Source: Sphaeroforma arctica JP610 (Eukaryota). From it: a DNA stretch of 48,499 nucleotides. The notes beneath the pieces were generated by a model, which worked only from the letters and a program-made list of their open reading frames with translations, was not told the DNA's origin and did not search any database. This document shows positions 1-12,376 of the stretch, piece by piece. Both the position numbers and the translations under genes were made by a program. The stretch lies in the NCBI RefSeq assembly GCF_001186125.1, contig NW_014040253.1, positions 18,614 through 67,112 on the forward strand. Reading direction: 5' to 3'. The first letter of the stretch is position 1; each line of letters begins with the position of its first letter.

Positions 1-221
1 ATACATGCCATTATCTTAAGCATAGATATACATGCCAAAACCTTAAGCATGCGTATACATGCCATAATCTTAAGCATAGATATACATGCCATAACCTTAG
101 CATGGATATACATGCCATAATCTTAAGCATGCGTATACATGCCATAATCTTAAGCATAGATATACATGACATATCCTTAAGCATGCGTATACATGCCATA
201 ACCTTTAGCATGGATATACAT
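1..221. repeat. 27-bp tandem minisatellite, ~8 copies, intronic or upstream
   Basis: Unit ATACATGCCATAATCTTAAGCAT(AGAT/GCGT) recurs every 27 nt; the 11..211 ORF is an artefact of it. Confidence 0.95.
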
Positions 222-570
222 TCCAGTGGTATGGGTCAGACACGGCACAACCTGCCATGAGACTATGTAGGCACACCACCAACACCTCAGAATATCATCT
301 TCTGGATTATATGAAAACTAGTATTGCAGATTGACACAGCAGTCACTCAGAACATCCTCTCTTGGACTACATGCCTGCACTTAGTGTGTGCTATGGCAGC
401 CCATGACCCGTCAACCTTTTGTCACGAGTGTAGGTCAGTTAAATTTGTGCACCGTACACATTAAACATAAACCTCAACACATTAACATGGTTTATAATTC
501 AGACATGCAGCAGATCAACTAACCCGTAAGCGCAATTGCTTATTGCTCGCTCTCAACACTCGAAACACAG

Positions 571-843
571 GACGCGCCAGAGGAGGACGAGAGCTCCAGC
601 GAAAGCTCAAGCAGCTCAAGTGACTCTGATTTAGAGAAGGAGGTGTGCACAGACGACGTCACCAGCAGCACAGACAGCCCCGACAGCCAACTCAGCGACC
701 TGGACACAGGTGCGAGGGTGCAGTATGGATGTGTGTGCGTGTAGGTAGATAGTACCTTTATATATATATATGTGGGTGGGTGGGTGTGTGGGTGGGTGTG
801 TGTGTGTGTGTGTATTATATGTATATGAATATGTATGTATATG

Positions 844-874
<31 letters not shown>

Positions 875-3800
875 ATTATATGTATATGAATATGTATNNN
901 NNNNNNNNNNNNNNNNNNNNNNNNNNNNNNNNNNNNNNNNNNNNNNNNNNNNNNNNNNNNNNNNNNNNNNNNNNNNNNNNNNNNNNNNNNNNNNNNNNNN
1001 NNNNNNNNNNNNNNNNNNNNNNNNNNNNNNNNNNNNNNNNNNNNNNNNNNNNNNNNNNNNNNNNNNNNNNNNNNNNNNNNNNNNNNNNNNNNNNNNNNNN
1101 NNNNNNNNNNNNNNNNNNNNNNNNNNNNNNNNNNNNNNNNNNNNNNNNNNNNNNNNNNNNNNNNNNNNNNNNNNNNNNNNNNNNNNNNNNNNNNNNNNNN
1201 NNNNNNNNNNNNNNNNNNNNNNNNNNNNNNNNNNNNNNATGCTATCTGTGCTCGTAGACATGTTCATTCTCTTAGGCATTCCTTCTCATTACTAACAGTT
1301 GCTTTAACCCCAACGACTGCTGTGCATTTCAGATTCAGATTATGATTCCATGACAGAAGAAAACTCGTTCATGGCCACAGAGATACCGCAGACCCCGTCC
1401 ATTGGCACCAGAGTCCCAGGTAGTGTACATGCACGCGCACGTAGAGTGCACCTGTCTGTCTGTTTTTGGGGCTTGGAGTTTTTTAGGACCATTGTGTCCA
1501 GTCCTCAGTTGCTGGTGCAGAACCAACTATACGTCTATGCCTGTCTTCACATCCATCTGCAATGCGTCTGACACACTCCCCATCACCATGGTAACCCCTT
1601 CCCCCCAACCATAAAACCCTACCCCCCTGCTCTGTCCCGTCTGTACAGGTGGTGCGTATGTTGACCCATACACACTTGGCTATGCGGGAGATGCGCCGGC
1701 CAATGACCTCAGCCGCACGTCGACTGTGGGCAGTGGCAGTGGCACGCCTCAGCCCATAGCGCCAGTCATTCGGTCCATTTCACAGGGCCACGACTTCCCA
1801 CCGGTGCGAGCGGTGCCGTTGAGTTTGAAGTTCGGGTATGTGAAAACCCTAAACCCTAAATCGCAGGGCTGTGGTTCAATTTGTTGTGTGCATACGTAAG
1901 GCAATGAATGTAAGCGGTACCTATTCTTAATGTAACGTAGAGCGTGTTGACTATTCTTAATGTAACGTAGAGTGTGTTGACTATTCTTAATGTAACGTAG
2001 TGTGTGTGTGTGTATCCGCAGTACAATGAATAGATACTATACTTGTTCACAATATAACATGTGTTATTTGTCCTCAATGTAGCGTTTATTGGGTGTATGT
2101 ATATGTTATGTATATGCGTAGACCACTCTACCCCAATGGGCACGACATCTGTCTTCAGAGTGCCCGCCACTTGCTCTGTTCCTGTTTCTGTGTAAGTATT
2201 CGAGATGTTCGATTTCCTACACACGCACGCGCGTATAAAAATAACAATTAGATTGGGTTGCGTTGGGTTGCAATTTGCCACAAAAGTGATGCAGCTGTGC
2301 GGGTTATGTATTGTAGTGCAGGCCCACGGATACGTTTGGGAGAAGCGTGTGAGAGTCGCGATGGATTGCGTATATCAGACTGCATGCGCAGCTGTGTGTG
2401 AGGTTACGAATGAGCGTATCCCAAATATGGAAATGTAGGTATAGTGTGATGTATTCTCTGGACTTCAACGGACAATTGGGCAGGCAGGTGTGTAGACCCA
2501 TACATTTCTGATATCACTTCAGTCTCTTCCACCACCGCATATTCATGCCTTAGTGAGCTTAGTCAGTACGTGTTGCTCTAATAATCTTACCTACATTAGA
2601 TTGCTCTAGTAATCTTACTTACATTAGAGTGCTTTACCTGCACTACATTTGTTCTCGCTCTCCAAGTGCTGATTTACCGCTACCTTCCAACCACCAATCA
2701 GAATGGAGATCTTCCAGCGCAACGATTCGCAGAGCCAATCAATACGCACCATTCAGATCAAGATTCGGATGGCCGAGGGCACCCCAGAGTTCGATGTACG
2801 CGAGAACTACGTGGGTCGACTACTGAGTAAAGAGCCGAGCGTCAAGAAGCCGTTCCCAAAGGTGTGCGGCTGAGTGGTGGGTGTTGGTGGGGCCTAGGAG
2901 TATGCACTTCACTTCTCTTCACCCCACTTCTCTTCCCCAATTAACTATGACAAACACATCACACTACCACCTCCTCACACGCCTTATAAGCCCTGACTAA
3001 CTATGACACTAAACACACTTTATAAGCCCTAACTAACGATGACACTGACCTTGTTTGTAGAGCATGAATGGGCTGTACTGGAAAGACTTTGTAGTGCCTG
3101 GACCACCCGGAGATATCGATCTGCTTTCGCCGTCTGAGCTGCTGTGTTTCTATCCGTTGGAGGACTTCCGTAGTGCGTTAGGGACGGTATGTTGATCTTT
3201 GCTCTTGTAGGGTTTATGGGTTTATGGGTTCGGTCTAGGGTTTAGTATATATGGTTTAGGTTCATGGGTTCTAGGGTTAGATTTATGGTTTAGAGTTCAG
3301 GGGAGGGGTGAAAGGCTGTATATTTTGTTTGCTGTCTTGTTCTTCCTGGCTATGTTGGGCGTATTTGTTTTAGGTCTTTAGGGAGAACAAAATACATACA
3401 CATACAAATACACAAATTCATACACGTACACATACATAAACAAATTCACATTCACATGCACATTACATATACATATACATATTCATATACATACACACAC
3501 GCATACGTATCCACATCCACATATACATATACATATACATATTCATATACATACACACACGCATACGTATCCACATCCACATATACATATGTAAACGCAT
3601 ACGCACACGAAAATGAGCAAGAATGTTCGCAATTGAGAGAGCAGAATAAAGTTATATCTCAGTAGGATTTCAGTGTTAGCAAAACACGGAACTCGACGGT
3701 GGTGTCGCTACCATAGATCCACCTCAGAGGGTGCATTTATCACCCATTCTCATACATTGGGTGCATTTCTGACCTACTCACTGATATTCCGGGTGCAGAG

Positions 3801-3969
3801 CTTAGCGTTGGGCACTCAAATTGCGGCAGCGCCTGTGTACAACCGCCAGCTGCGATCGGTGCTCCTGTTTGGTGAGCCATACGAATGTCCCAGTCCCATC
3901 TCAAATATTTTGTATACACACGGCATCGATGTCATATACTACACACACGTGCCAGGCAAGAACCTGTAA
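571..3969 (+). CDS. 3' part of a spliced gene of unknown function (acidic Ser-rich linker followed by a globular-looking C-terminal region)
   Basis: AG/GT-bounded exons with consistent phases: 571-709, 1333-1419, 1649-1835, 2122-2191, 2322-2434, 2702-2861, 3061-3186, 3799-3969 (TAA). They join to [12 protein letters not shown]...[18 protein letters not shown]...[14 protein letters not shown]...[22 protein letters not shown] at ~4037-4046. The start lies outside the window, and exons could be hidden in the 898-1238 gap. Confidence 0.8.
730..897. repeat. (TA)n/(TG)n compound microsatellite running into a gap
   Basis: Directly visible. Confidence 0.95.
898..1238. other. Assembly gap (other gaps: 21562-21669, 26730-27699, 44523-44541)
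   Basis: N runs; ORFs spanning them are artefacts. Confidence 1.
1921..2012. repeat. 30-bp tandem repeat, 3 copies, intronic
   Basis: CTATTCTTAATGTAACGTAG at 1921, 1951 and 1981. Confidence 0.95.
3392..3610. repeat. ACATAC/ACATAT-like microsatellite with a 60-bp internal duplication, intronic
   Basis: The 60-nt blocks starting at 3481 and 3541 are near-identical. Confidence 0.9.
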
Positions 3970-4636
3970 GGCCCAACATCCATTGCTACAGGCTGTATGT
4001 GCATGTGTATAGGTATGCATGTCGCGCATACTAAGCAATAAATAAAGTCAGTACAATAAAAATGATACTGTGCAATGAAGAAGTGCACTCCACCGAATGC
4101 GCTCTACAATCGAGTTCACTGAGCACTACGTGGGCGTAATTGTGCTTATATTCTCACTGCTTTCGTATCCGGCTGAGTCCGTAGTTCTTGCGCCCACCCG
4201 TTGTAGAACTAAAACATTCGAATTGCCGTTAACGTTAACGCAATATGAATAATTTCGTTTTATACACGATCGATATATTCTGGCAGGGTTTAGGGTTCTA
4301 AGGTTGTCTGTCGGAGAGCCGAGTTTTTGCCGCATGAGGATCATTCCCATCGATGACCCAATAGCCGCCGTTGAATTCGTCTGCTAGTCTTCTTGCTACT
4401 GATGGGTGATCCAAAAGCACGGAGTTACCAGGCATTGCACTTTCATTATAGTAGTAGTCTTATAGCATTGTACTTAAATTAGTATTTCATTTTGATTCTC
4501 ATATACAATATCACATTGCCCTTTCACTAGTTTGCGTGTATCGTGATTAAGCTGCGAGTCCGGTATGCAAAACAAAATTCGGCCGATAACCCTTAATGCA
4601 TAGTGTATCCAGGTATAGTCATCTGATCAATGATCT

Positions 4637-4950
4637 TGTAAACCTGCCTGGTACCGATTAGCCTAGAATTCAGTCATGTGCTCCGAGCCTGCAGCCTATT
4701 GGTTGTTCACTGATTGGACGACGGTTAAAATGGCGCCAAGGAATGATGTCGGCACTTTGACGCGCCACACGTTAGGATGCGAAGATTGACTGTTAAAGCT
4801 TCACACGATAGGACGTAGCGCTCTGTTTACAGCTGCCGCTCTACGTCTCAAACCATGAACCTTTACAATAATACAACTCAAAAGGTCGTTCGTGCGACCT
4901 TGATCGCTTCTGAGGATATTGTTTTGCCGTCGAACAACACTTCTATCTCA
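4637..4950 (+). repeat. 5' LTR of element 1
   Basis: Begins TGTAAA, ends TATCTCA, followed by ACTGGTGATTCCCG. Shares CGCCAAGGAA, TGACGCxCCACACGxTAGGATGC and GTTTACAGCT with 10719-10926. Confidence 0.7.
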
Positions 4951-4952
4951 AC

Positions 4953-4970
4953 TGGTGATTCCCGCAAGGA
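4953..4970 (+). promoter_or_regulatory. Putative primer-binding site
   Basis: TGGTGATTCCCGCAAGGA begins 2 nt after the LTR-terminal CA; TGG is complementary to tRNA CCA. The priming tRNA was not identified. Confidence 0.5.
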
Positions 4971-7900
4971 CTCTTGGGTCCTTCGTCTTCACGACAAACG
5001 CACAATCTCTTCCTGGTACCGCCAAACCACAGCGCACATTGAATCCAAAGAACTCCACACTTTAGCAAAGTGGTACTTCACTGCTGGGCACACCCCTCTA
5101 ATCAACCGCTAGATGAACTTTGTGGGATCATTCCCACTGGCACCTGGTCGAGCAGCACCTGGCCCCTCCCACCACACCACAGAAGAGGCCTTCGATTGTG
5201 TTGGCTAAGTTAAAGGGCCGTACCTAGCCTCTTCTTCATTCTTCAAGCAGGGCGTCAAAACTCGCATACTTACTAAAGCTGAGTCATGGCCTCCGTCGCC
5301 ATAACAACAACACCGTATCACCGAGCGGACTTCCTGGAGGAGTTCTCGGTATTTGTGCTAGGGTGGCCACTACCCTCTGCTTTTAGTGTCCTGACTAGAG
5401 ACCACTGTGCTCACCTCGGTGTGTACCCTGTCCGTCGGAAAATTGAGCTCGGGGCAAAGGCTTTGTTCAAAGCGGTTTCAAACACCACGAAGCGGCGTGC
5501 CAATCAGTCTACAACCGCTCCTTCGCCACCCTTGTAGCGCCTGCAACTTCACAAGCCTCCGGCTACTCCAACTGTAATCCTGACATATCTTGATGATACT
5601 TCTTCTCAACAGTGTCCTCTGAAGCCTGTTGGCCTCTTCCGTTTTAACCACCCGTGAACTGGTCAACGGGATGCTCACAACTCTCGAGGAGAGTTGATTG
5701 ATTAAGATAATAATTTTATCTGGGGTGTTGCTATTGAGGATTGGGTGACCATTGGGTACCCAGAACCCCATCTGACTACTTTCGTGATTCCTATGCAAAA
5801 GGCTCGAGATGCGCTTCAACAAAGCTCCCTCCAACTACCCTCGGCTACATCTCTGATGGCATGATCTTGGCTTACTTTAATAGCGAAGGATGACTTTAAT
5901 ACCGGAGGACGCCAACAGAGATTGCCGTTCCATTTATGCTTTCTTGCTTTCCCTGGCCAACGATGCCTTTTATATGAACCTTCTTTAACCGAGGCTCCTT
6001 CGCGATCCGGACCTGACTGATGTCTGTTTAGACAATGTTGAACGCACTCTTTGCATCGCCATGTTGGCCTTCCGATGCGGTTGCCGATTTCGAAGAGTCG
6101 CATCCACGAAAGTGTTGGAATTACTATCCACCCATTACCAATACCCAACGAAACCACTCTCCAAGTCAAAACATAGACTACAGCCGAATACTCACCCGAC
6201 AACCCAGGACCAATCTGAGTTAACTTTGGTCCAACCTCGTGTCTCAGCCTCTGTTAAAGAGAACACGAAACGTCGAATCCGTTCCCAAGCCTGTGACAGC
6301 AGCCATCGATCACACTCTCGTACTCCGGGCTTTCAGTCAGCGTACTCCTGCCCTGGATTCCGGGTATGTCTCTTATTTAAAAAGGATGAGGGCTGAAGCT
6401 AACATGAGCCAGGCCACTTTATAAGTGACCGCCCCCACAACAGTTTCACTAGTACTCTAGGCGTAGTGGATGAGGATCGAGCCTGAAATAAGGCGGGCCA
6501 GATCGTCAAAACACGCTTTCTTGCCTCTATTGTGATACTGTTCTTTGTTACACCGACAACATAATTAAAAAAGGATTCGTGGTAGCTGAAGATCTCAAAT
6601 GTATGCGATAGACCCTGTCTTGATGAACACCGTTGGGGTTGGTTTATTCAATCCCCAACGGAACAGAGTACTACTACAATCTTACTAGAGATATATACAG
6701 ACAAAGGTCAGAAAACCTGGTTCGTAACAACAGAATTCCAGTTCCTGGTGACCATTGGGATCCCCTGTTCATGTGGCATACTCCCAGTTTTACTGCTAGG
6801 AGCGATTATTTAATTGTGGCAAAATATGATAGTTCTACAAACTTTCTCACCTTTATGTTAAATGTCCAATCACTACTGTATTGACAGGTTGAAACAGACA
6901 TCCATACCTGCACGGATGCTACCCCCAAGCTTAAAACATATAAGCAGCGGGTCTCTTGATAAGTTGAGTGGGAGGAACAGATCTGCCTTCGCGACGAAAA
7001 GCGAGGCATATTGAATAGAGAAAGGGAACTACCACATCCCTTGGGTGTCTTCTGTTTTTCTTAGCCAGGACGAACTTCAATCTATCCTATATATATCAAA
7101 GATAATAGATATCGTCAGAACTATAAGATAGGCAATGAAAACATTATCGACCCTTATGACCCATGCCTTGAAATAAGATTGCCTGGGCCATATACGCCGT
7201 GAGTTCTGAAATGCACTGAACGTAGCCGCGGCTATCTAAATTGGATCTCGGGGACGTGTCTGGAGGCCTACAGCTGGAGCGTTTGGTGTTAAGTTACCTA
7301 TATGTGGTTACAAGCTCTAAAACGCTTTGTGGATGACGGGGCTATGGCACTCTGGGAATTTATTTTTTTAGACTGGCAGTCGCGAGATACACCATACATG
7401 TCCTTGGCCCTTGCCCCATAAGAAAAACCCCCGTTTCCATTGTCCCGTGGCATGCCATGCTGCCCACACCGGATAACGAGGCCAAAATGGGGGTTGTCAT
7501 GCTTGTCATTCTAGACCCTTCTTATTTTGTTGACACATCCTCCATCGAACTTGAAACAGGTCTATCTGTCCGCGTCCCTAAGGACGGGGAACCACCGACA
7601 GTATTTCTGAAAGGATGGTTCAATCCCTATGTACTAACCGTACTGTGAAGGCGAAAGATAGAATTACTTACTTCATCTATATCCCAGAGGTGTTCACCAA
7701 CGCCCTTTGTCGCTGTGACCTTAACACTTTCTGATTACAAAAAGTTGCGCCGTGTCAAAGTTAAACTCGATACGAAACAAGAGGCTGCTATGTTTGAAGG
7801 AGACGCATCGACTATCAAACCCCGTTTCCATAGATGACGGCTGACGACCTATAGTAGACCACTGTGTTCACAGATATTGCATTATAAATAATATTCTGCA

Positions 7901-9936
7901 CAAACTGAATTTGGCCCAGCGATGATACCATATCTTTGACCCGGGAACCATGGTAACACTAACTGCCAACTACGATGTACTCAACTGACCAATACACTAT
8001 ACAGTCTTATTTTTGCCCGAACATGGCCGAACACTATGCGAGGCGACCGCCTGCTAAGCGTAGTAGAAAAGATCAAACGTTTTCACATTGATCTCCGACA
8101 CATACCTGGATTGTGAACTATTTTACCCTATTATACCCGAATTAGTGTCTTTCTTGGAATCCGCTCCTCACAAGTCCGAACCCGCTACTTGTGGGTACTT
8201 TATCATATCACCACATTTAAATGCTCATCCTTTGTGCGCAACTCAGCATGGTTCTGTGTTTTCGTAAAGCAATAGGGGGGATTCCTGTGTGAGATAAGCC
8301 TTTTAACGCTAATAAGCGCTGCCACCAACTGACTCCCAAAGTACTGTGAAGCCAAAGATGACGGGACTTAAGGCAAAACAGCGAAGCAAATAAATCTCGC
8401 CTCTCACTTTTCCTCGTCATGCACCTTGAGACAGATATACTGACTTCTTCAACTGAGAGACTACAGAAGTAGACGTATTTTTATATACGTTAATAACCTT
8501 TTACATCGTCAGCCCTAGAGTAATTTGGGACTTGTTCTCAAATTAATGTACGTATAGGTGGGTCAGCCCGAGAGAACGTAAGAGTAATTTGAGACCTCTT
8601 CTCAGATTATTCTAATTATAGGACACGGACCACCGGCTAGCCGAGAGCCGAGGTCCGAGACTGAGTGTAGTAACAGAGAACATGATATATTTATTTCTAG
8701 AAAATATATCCGAGTGCTAAAGTGTTCTGCATAAGGTTTCTCATACTGAAAATATGAGTTTTTACCCTGGCCAACCCAAGTGGTTGAACACTAGTACAAA
8801 AACTATCAGTATATAACTGAGGGTGAGATCATAAATAAATTTATTCGAATGCACCATACTTTAGATACATTTGCAATTTATCTAAAGTCTACTACATTGC
8901 ACTCTAACATCAACTGATTCAATCTGTGCAAGATGATTCAAAGTAATTTTGTCCTGCCATACTGAACTCCTTGTATCTGGTTACAAACTTTTTTTCATGA
9001 TTTAATCGCTGTGCCTCCAGCTATCTAACATACTGCGGACAGTTTCTTGTAGAATGGTATTGCGATCACAATCCTTGGCATACCACCCTGGCTCTATACC
9101 GTTGCTGGACTGATTTCCAGTGATATTAGCGTATTACTCCCATCCAAATCCTTCTCTTTTATTATCACCAGTTAGCGACGTCACATCGACACCAGATGCT
9201 TGTTGTAACCCTATCCTAAACGAGTCTAATCGCATTATGTCACTTGCTCGCCGGGAAACCTCAGCTGGCTCTTAAGTCTTTGTCGACAAACTGTGAGATC
9301 TCCAACCCCACACCATACGTGGTGGTGGTTCAAACTAAGGACTACACCGCAGGTTCCGAGGGCTCAAGCAGGTGTGACACCTCATAACAAGTATAAATGA
9401 TCAGAAGACGTCATTTACGAGCTCGGCTAGTACTACCACGCCGTAAGTTCATCCTGTGACGGCAGTGTAGTGATTCACACTTCTGAATAAAATACATCTA
9501 TACTGCGATCAGCTAGTGATGGACTAGACGTCGAACAATAGCAACTGACTCGTCGGAAAGTTAATAAATACATACCTAGTTTGGGTTGAACGTATAAACT
9601 CACTTAAAAAAAGCTTGGAATGTTGAAGGCTGGAAACTCGTTCGGGATATGAACTTTAGCGATAATACCGTGACAATATCTCAACTGACACATTTATCAT
9701 GGATCGAACATTTCTATCACCCATCCTTCAAATAAATTCAGAACATAACCAACCGATCTTTACCCCAGTAATGTTAATAGCTCAACCAACAAATCTTGAG
9801 GAACGTAGACGTAAGAAGTACGAATCTCAAGCTGCACAAGCGAATAAGCGAATAAGCACCGTCAGGCCGCAGCAATAATTGCAGTTGGGCGTATGACTAT
9901 ATCACAAAAGGAAGCCTTCTTCTTGGATTTTACTCG

Positions 9937-10270
9937 ATGGTGGAGCTCTGTTGTGGCATTGGCACATACAATTCAAAATTGTGCAAACAAAACATATCAT
10001 ATTCATTAATCGAAATTCAGGTGCTAATGTGAGCTGATTGGTACTCCGGCTTTGGAGATCAAAGGCAAATCTCTAGGTAGTAGTAGATATCATTCAAACA
10101 CTCGTGAGTAAAAGATAGAAGGTGCTTGTCGTGTCGAGGGGCTGTTGTTTCCTGTCCATTGACCACGGTGGATAGATCCAAGCTATCTTACAGCCTTGGC
10201 TTCATTGACTTACTCTTTAGTTAACAATTTTAAACTCTGTCAAGGGTACTCCGGCTCGGGAGATCAAAAG
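9937..10270 (+). pseudogene. C5-cytosine DNA methyltransferase remnant within element 1
   Basis: MVELCCGIGTYNSKLCKQNISYSLIEI (motifs I-II, 9937-10017); YSGFGDQR..SR/VVDIIQTLVSKR*KVLVV (motif IV tail to V/VI, 10042-10135); LTTVDRSKLSYSLGFIDLLFS then LCQGYSGSGDQK (motifs III-IV, 10159-10270). Stops and frameshifts present; motifs VIII-X not recognisable. Confidence 0.55.
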
Positions 10271-10706
10271 CACACGAAGAAATTTGGTTTCTATTAACTG
10301 GCTGTTCCAGACGAGCTTGCTTACAACAGCAACGAAACTCGATAGATGGCGTCTTGTCGCTGCCTCAAGGAGTGGCCAGCCGCCATCCAATTTCGCATGA
10401 ATCTAGCACAGCCTTCCGCAAGTATTTTGTGATAGCCCATGCAAATAATAATAATAATAGTATACATGCAACAAGTGTCAATGCAAGCGCGATGTAAAAT
10501 ACCTGAAGGCTTATCTGGACGAACTAAGTTTTCCGTATCAAGGTTTGAACTGCGGGTATTTTTTCTCAAATGATGACGTTTACCGATCATCTCAGCTGCT
10601 CGAATTGAAGACAAAATATGAGACGACTAGACCATCCTCTTGTATTCAAATGAACAAATTATGTTCTTTGGCTACCGTGCTTGAACCGTTGCTGTTTAAC
10701 ATGGCT

Positions 10707-10716
10707 AGGGGGGGGG
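10707..10716 (+). promoter_or_regulatory. Polypurine tract of element 1
   Basis: AGGGGGGGGG ends 2 nt before the TGTAAG start of the 3' LTR. Confidence 0.65.
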
Positions 10717-10718
10717 CT

Positions 10719-10926
10719 TGTAAGCATCGAATCCGAAGCCTGATGGTAGCTCATCTGTTTGGGCGACGATTAGGAATTATCGCCAAGGAAAGCTGACAGC
10801 ATATGACGCTCCACACGATAGGATGCAAAAAAATAGACTAGTAGGGTGTAGCACTCCGTTTACAGCTTTCGCGCTACAACCGACTAACTTGCAATGAACA
10901 TAGACTCCAATCTTGAAGACATCTCA
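10719..10926 (+). repeat. 3' LTR of element 1 (shorter, internally deleted)
   Basis: TGTAAG...CATCTCA; roughly 70% similar by eye to the 5' LTR over the alignable core. Confidence 0.7.
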
Positions 10927-11430
10927 AACTGTGAGCTTTTACGGTCTTTGCGTATTGTCTATTTTATATATGATAAAGATCGCTTCATGCTTGAGCGTAT
11001 GGTAATCGAAATAATACCACAGTTAGACCAGCAGAATCGGTATAGCAGTATTATGATATGGAGCAAGTACTATAAGTAGTTGTATATCTAATGATATAGA
11101 GATCGTTTGATTCTCGCCCGTTGTTCGCTTTTAGCGGGAGAGTCAAGATGGCGTACAATATGATCGTAGAGACTGTTATGTGAATGGGTAATTAATCATG
11201 GCGAAAAAAAATATATCAAAGCTACTACGAAATTCACATTGTACACAGGTTTGTCAACTTTATTCGGTGAAGGTACATTAACCAACTATATTTCGTCCCG
11301 GGGTGCGTGAAAGTCATTGCAACCACTCATACCATTTTCCTGATGTGCTCACGTCTGTATATCAGATGTGTTTTAACTCGAACGAGACGTAGCTAGCACT
11401 GAAGACATAACTGTTCATATCCAGGTTGAG

Positions 11431-12376
11431 TCAATCCCAATGAATAATAACTCTATCGTCGTCTCTGTCGGTATTCAGGTTGTGAGAGATGTGCAAATGG
11501 TTTTGAAACCTCCCCAACTGGTGGAAGTCTCTGTTGCAGCGCTCGTAGACACACGGGTATGGCTTCGGCTCCATAAATGCGTAGTCCACATTGAAGTCGT
11601 AGTTGGTCGCCTTTTCACCTGTCAAATAAAAACTAACTGCGATGCTGCCATGCTGCCTTGTCACCCGTAACTTGTGATAAGTCTTCAGATGAATTTGTAA
11701 CCTGCCTAGCAGGTAGTACCTCTTATCGCACCGTCTGTGTATACAGTGGTATTGTTTTGGCGCCTGCAGCGGTGATTCCACATCGATTCCTACGTCTTCC
11801 ATATGACTATCCGCACTCGGATTGATGACATGATGGTCACTGTAGCGTGATGGACTCAGATGTCCACCATCCTATCTCTGCGATGTTTCGTACCCCAAGG
11901 ATCGCTTGAATGACTGCGCTCTGTTGCGATTCTACTCACAACATTTGATCGAGGCACAATAATGCGCTGAGGTGACGAATTTGCATTGGTAGATATGCGA
12001 TTGTCGACAGATTGGAAGTAGTGATTGTCATCCTTGCGCAAGCATGTCTGTGCGGATGAAGACCCTCTTATCATTGCTTCAGCTGGGTCACATCCTGTGG
12101 AAGCCCCAGGATCGTGTCTTCAACCGATCTGATCACATACCCAATATTGTACCGTTCACAACTTCTATCCTGGGAGTCGGTGTGTAATTGAACGTGTATC
12201 GGGTGTGCTTGTGGCTGTAGTTCTAAACAGTCTTGTTCCTTGGCCGGCAAATTACAACAATGAGGTGTCGTGGAATGCGCTAAAATCGCTTCGTGGGCTA
12301 GCCTCGTTGAGTAGTCTGAAGATGCTGCAAATTCCTGCTCTTGGCGACGTGCCAGTTGAGGGTCCGTAAACGTCAT
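11431..12376 (-). pseudogene. C2H2 zinc-finger gene with two fingers; frameshifted or spliced
   Basis: ORF 11431-11802 has YHCIHRRCDKRYYLLGRLQIHLKTYH and YPCVYERCNRDFHQLGRFQNHLHISH. Upstream ORFs 11856-12074 and 12071-12376 nearly abut in different frames, with no convincing splice path found. Confidence 0.6.

Larger units (their letters stand above)
4637..10926 (+). mobile_element. Element 1: heavily decayed Ty3/Gypsy (chromovirus-like) LTR retrotransposon with a putative C5-MTase relic
   Basis: Alignable direct repeats (TGTAA...ATCTCA) at both ends; TGG-starting PBS-like site at 4953; G-run PPT at 10707. Fragmented motifs in Gypsy order: PALDSG (~6350, possible protease), DVSGGLQL / FGVK / ALKRFVDDG (7250-7340, RT), RFHIDLRHIPG (~8080-8110, RNase H end), DLQP..PYVVV (~9300, GPY/F), YLVWVE..LEC (~9575-9625, chromodomain-like). 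Confidence 0.75.

Noticed and set aside
1..221. Regular repeats as a CRISPR array (also 29112-29275 and 34472-34772)
   Set aside because: Head-to-tail units without unique spacers, no cas genes, and a eukaryotic intronic context.
10719..10796. MVAHLFGRR looked like DNMT3 motif X (VIRHLF)
   Set aside because: It lies inside the 3' LTR and aligns with the non-coding 5' LTR, so the resemblance is coincidental.
4633..10930. Target-site duplication ATCT / AACT for element 1
   Set aside because: Only a 3/4 match; too short to count as evidence.
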